A stretch of DNA of 64,000 nt from Chrysomallon squamiferum (taxonomy: Eukaryota; Animalia; Mollusca). The translations under genes were made by a program, and so were the position numbers. The stretch's first letter is position 1. Each line of letters opens with the position of its first letter. The DNA lies in NCBI GenBank assembly GCA_012295275.1, contig CM022675.1, positions 682,001 to 746,000 on the forward strand, written 5' to 3'. The notes under the pieces are model-generated. The model had not been told where the DNA came from. It searched no databases and worked only from the letters and a program-made list of their open reading frames with translations. Positions 63,065 through 64,000 of the stretch are shown in pieces.

Positions 63065-63103
<39 letters not shown>

Positions 63104-63165
63104 AAAACTTAGTTTCAGGACATGAAAGGAAATAAGTAAAGTTCATTATACAAAATTTCATATTC

Positions 63166-64000
63166 TTTTTTCAATAAAAGTTCAAATCCAGATATCGACC
63201 AGGAGACAAATAATCCTGACCCTTACGTCAATAAACACAAACTTTGACTCAGTACACACAAATTTTGACATCAATAAACACAGACTTTCACTCAGTAAAC
63301 ACAAACTTTGACTCAATAAACACAAACTTTGACATCAATAAACACAAACTTTGACATCAATAAACACAAACTTTGACATCAATAAACAGAAACTTTGACT
63401 CAGTAAACACAAACTTTGACATCAATAAACACAGACTGACATCAATAAACACAGACTTTCACTCAGTAAACACAAACTTTGACTCAGTAAACACAAACTT
63501 TGACTCAGTAAACACAAACTTTGACATCAATAAACACAGACTGACATCAATAAACACAGACTTTCACTCAGTAAACACAAACTTTGACTCAGTAAACACA
63601 AACTTTGACGTCAATAAACACAAACTTTGAAGTCAATAAACACAAACTTTGACGTCAATAAACAGACTTTAACGGCAATAAACACAAACTGATGTCAATA
63701 AACACACTTTGACATAAATAAACACAAACTTTGACATCAATAAACACAAACTTTGACATCAATAAACAGAAACTTTGACTCAGTAAACACAAACTTTGAC
63801 ATCAATAAACACAGACTTTCACTCAGTGAACACAAACTTTGACTCAGTAAACACAAACTTTGACGTCAATAAACACAAACTTTGAAGTCAATAAACACAA
63901 ACTTTGACGTCAATAAACAGACTTTAACGGCAATAAACACAAACTTTGACGTCAATAAACACACTTTGACATAAATAAACACAAACTTTGAGTCAATAAA
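63166..64000. repeat. ~22-bp satellite (AATAAACACAAACTTTGACATC variants) running off the window
   Basis: More than 30 tandem units. Confidence 0.95.

Overview
AT-rich, microsatellite-laden animal genomic DNA (spliceosomal introns, mosaic CpG pattern; a mollusc or other lophotrochozoan is my inference). Four blocks: (1) ~0.1-13.7 kb, minus strand: a complete INO80D gene with 10 coding exons, one U12-type intron and two apparent frameshifts in the last exon. (2) ~17.8-23.2 kb: a tRNA-Ile(AAT) array with 5 intact genes and 4 decayed copies built from a two-slot repeat unit. (3) ~24-36.3 kb, plus strand: a complete WDR37 gene (11 coding exons, ~482 aa), followed by a decayed hAT-like transposase. 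(4) 43.5-62.8 kb: six tandem, intronless class A aminergic GPCR genes (R1-R6) closest to 5-HT4 receptors. The best candidate for an undescribed system is block 4. It is an invertebrate 5-HT4-derived, intronless, gene-conversion-shuffled receptor array that keeps the D3.32/W6.48/Y7.43 amine pocket and carries an extra N-terminal plus ECL2 cysteine pair, paralleling vertebrate olfactory TAARs. All homology calls come from hand translation and remembered sequences, not from searches.
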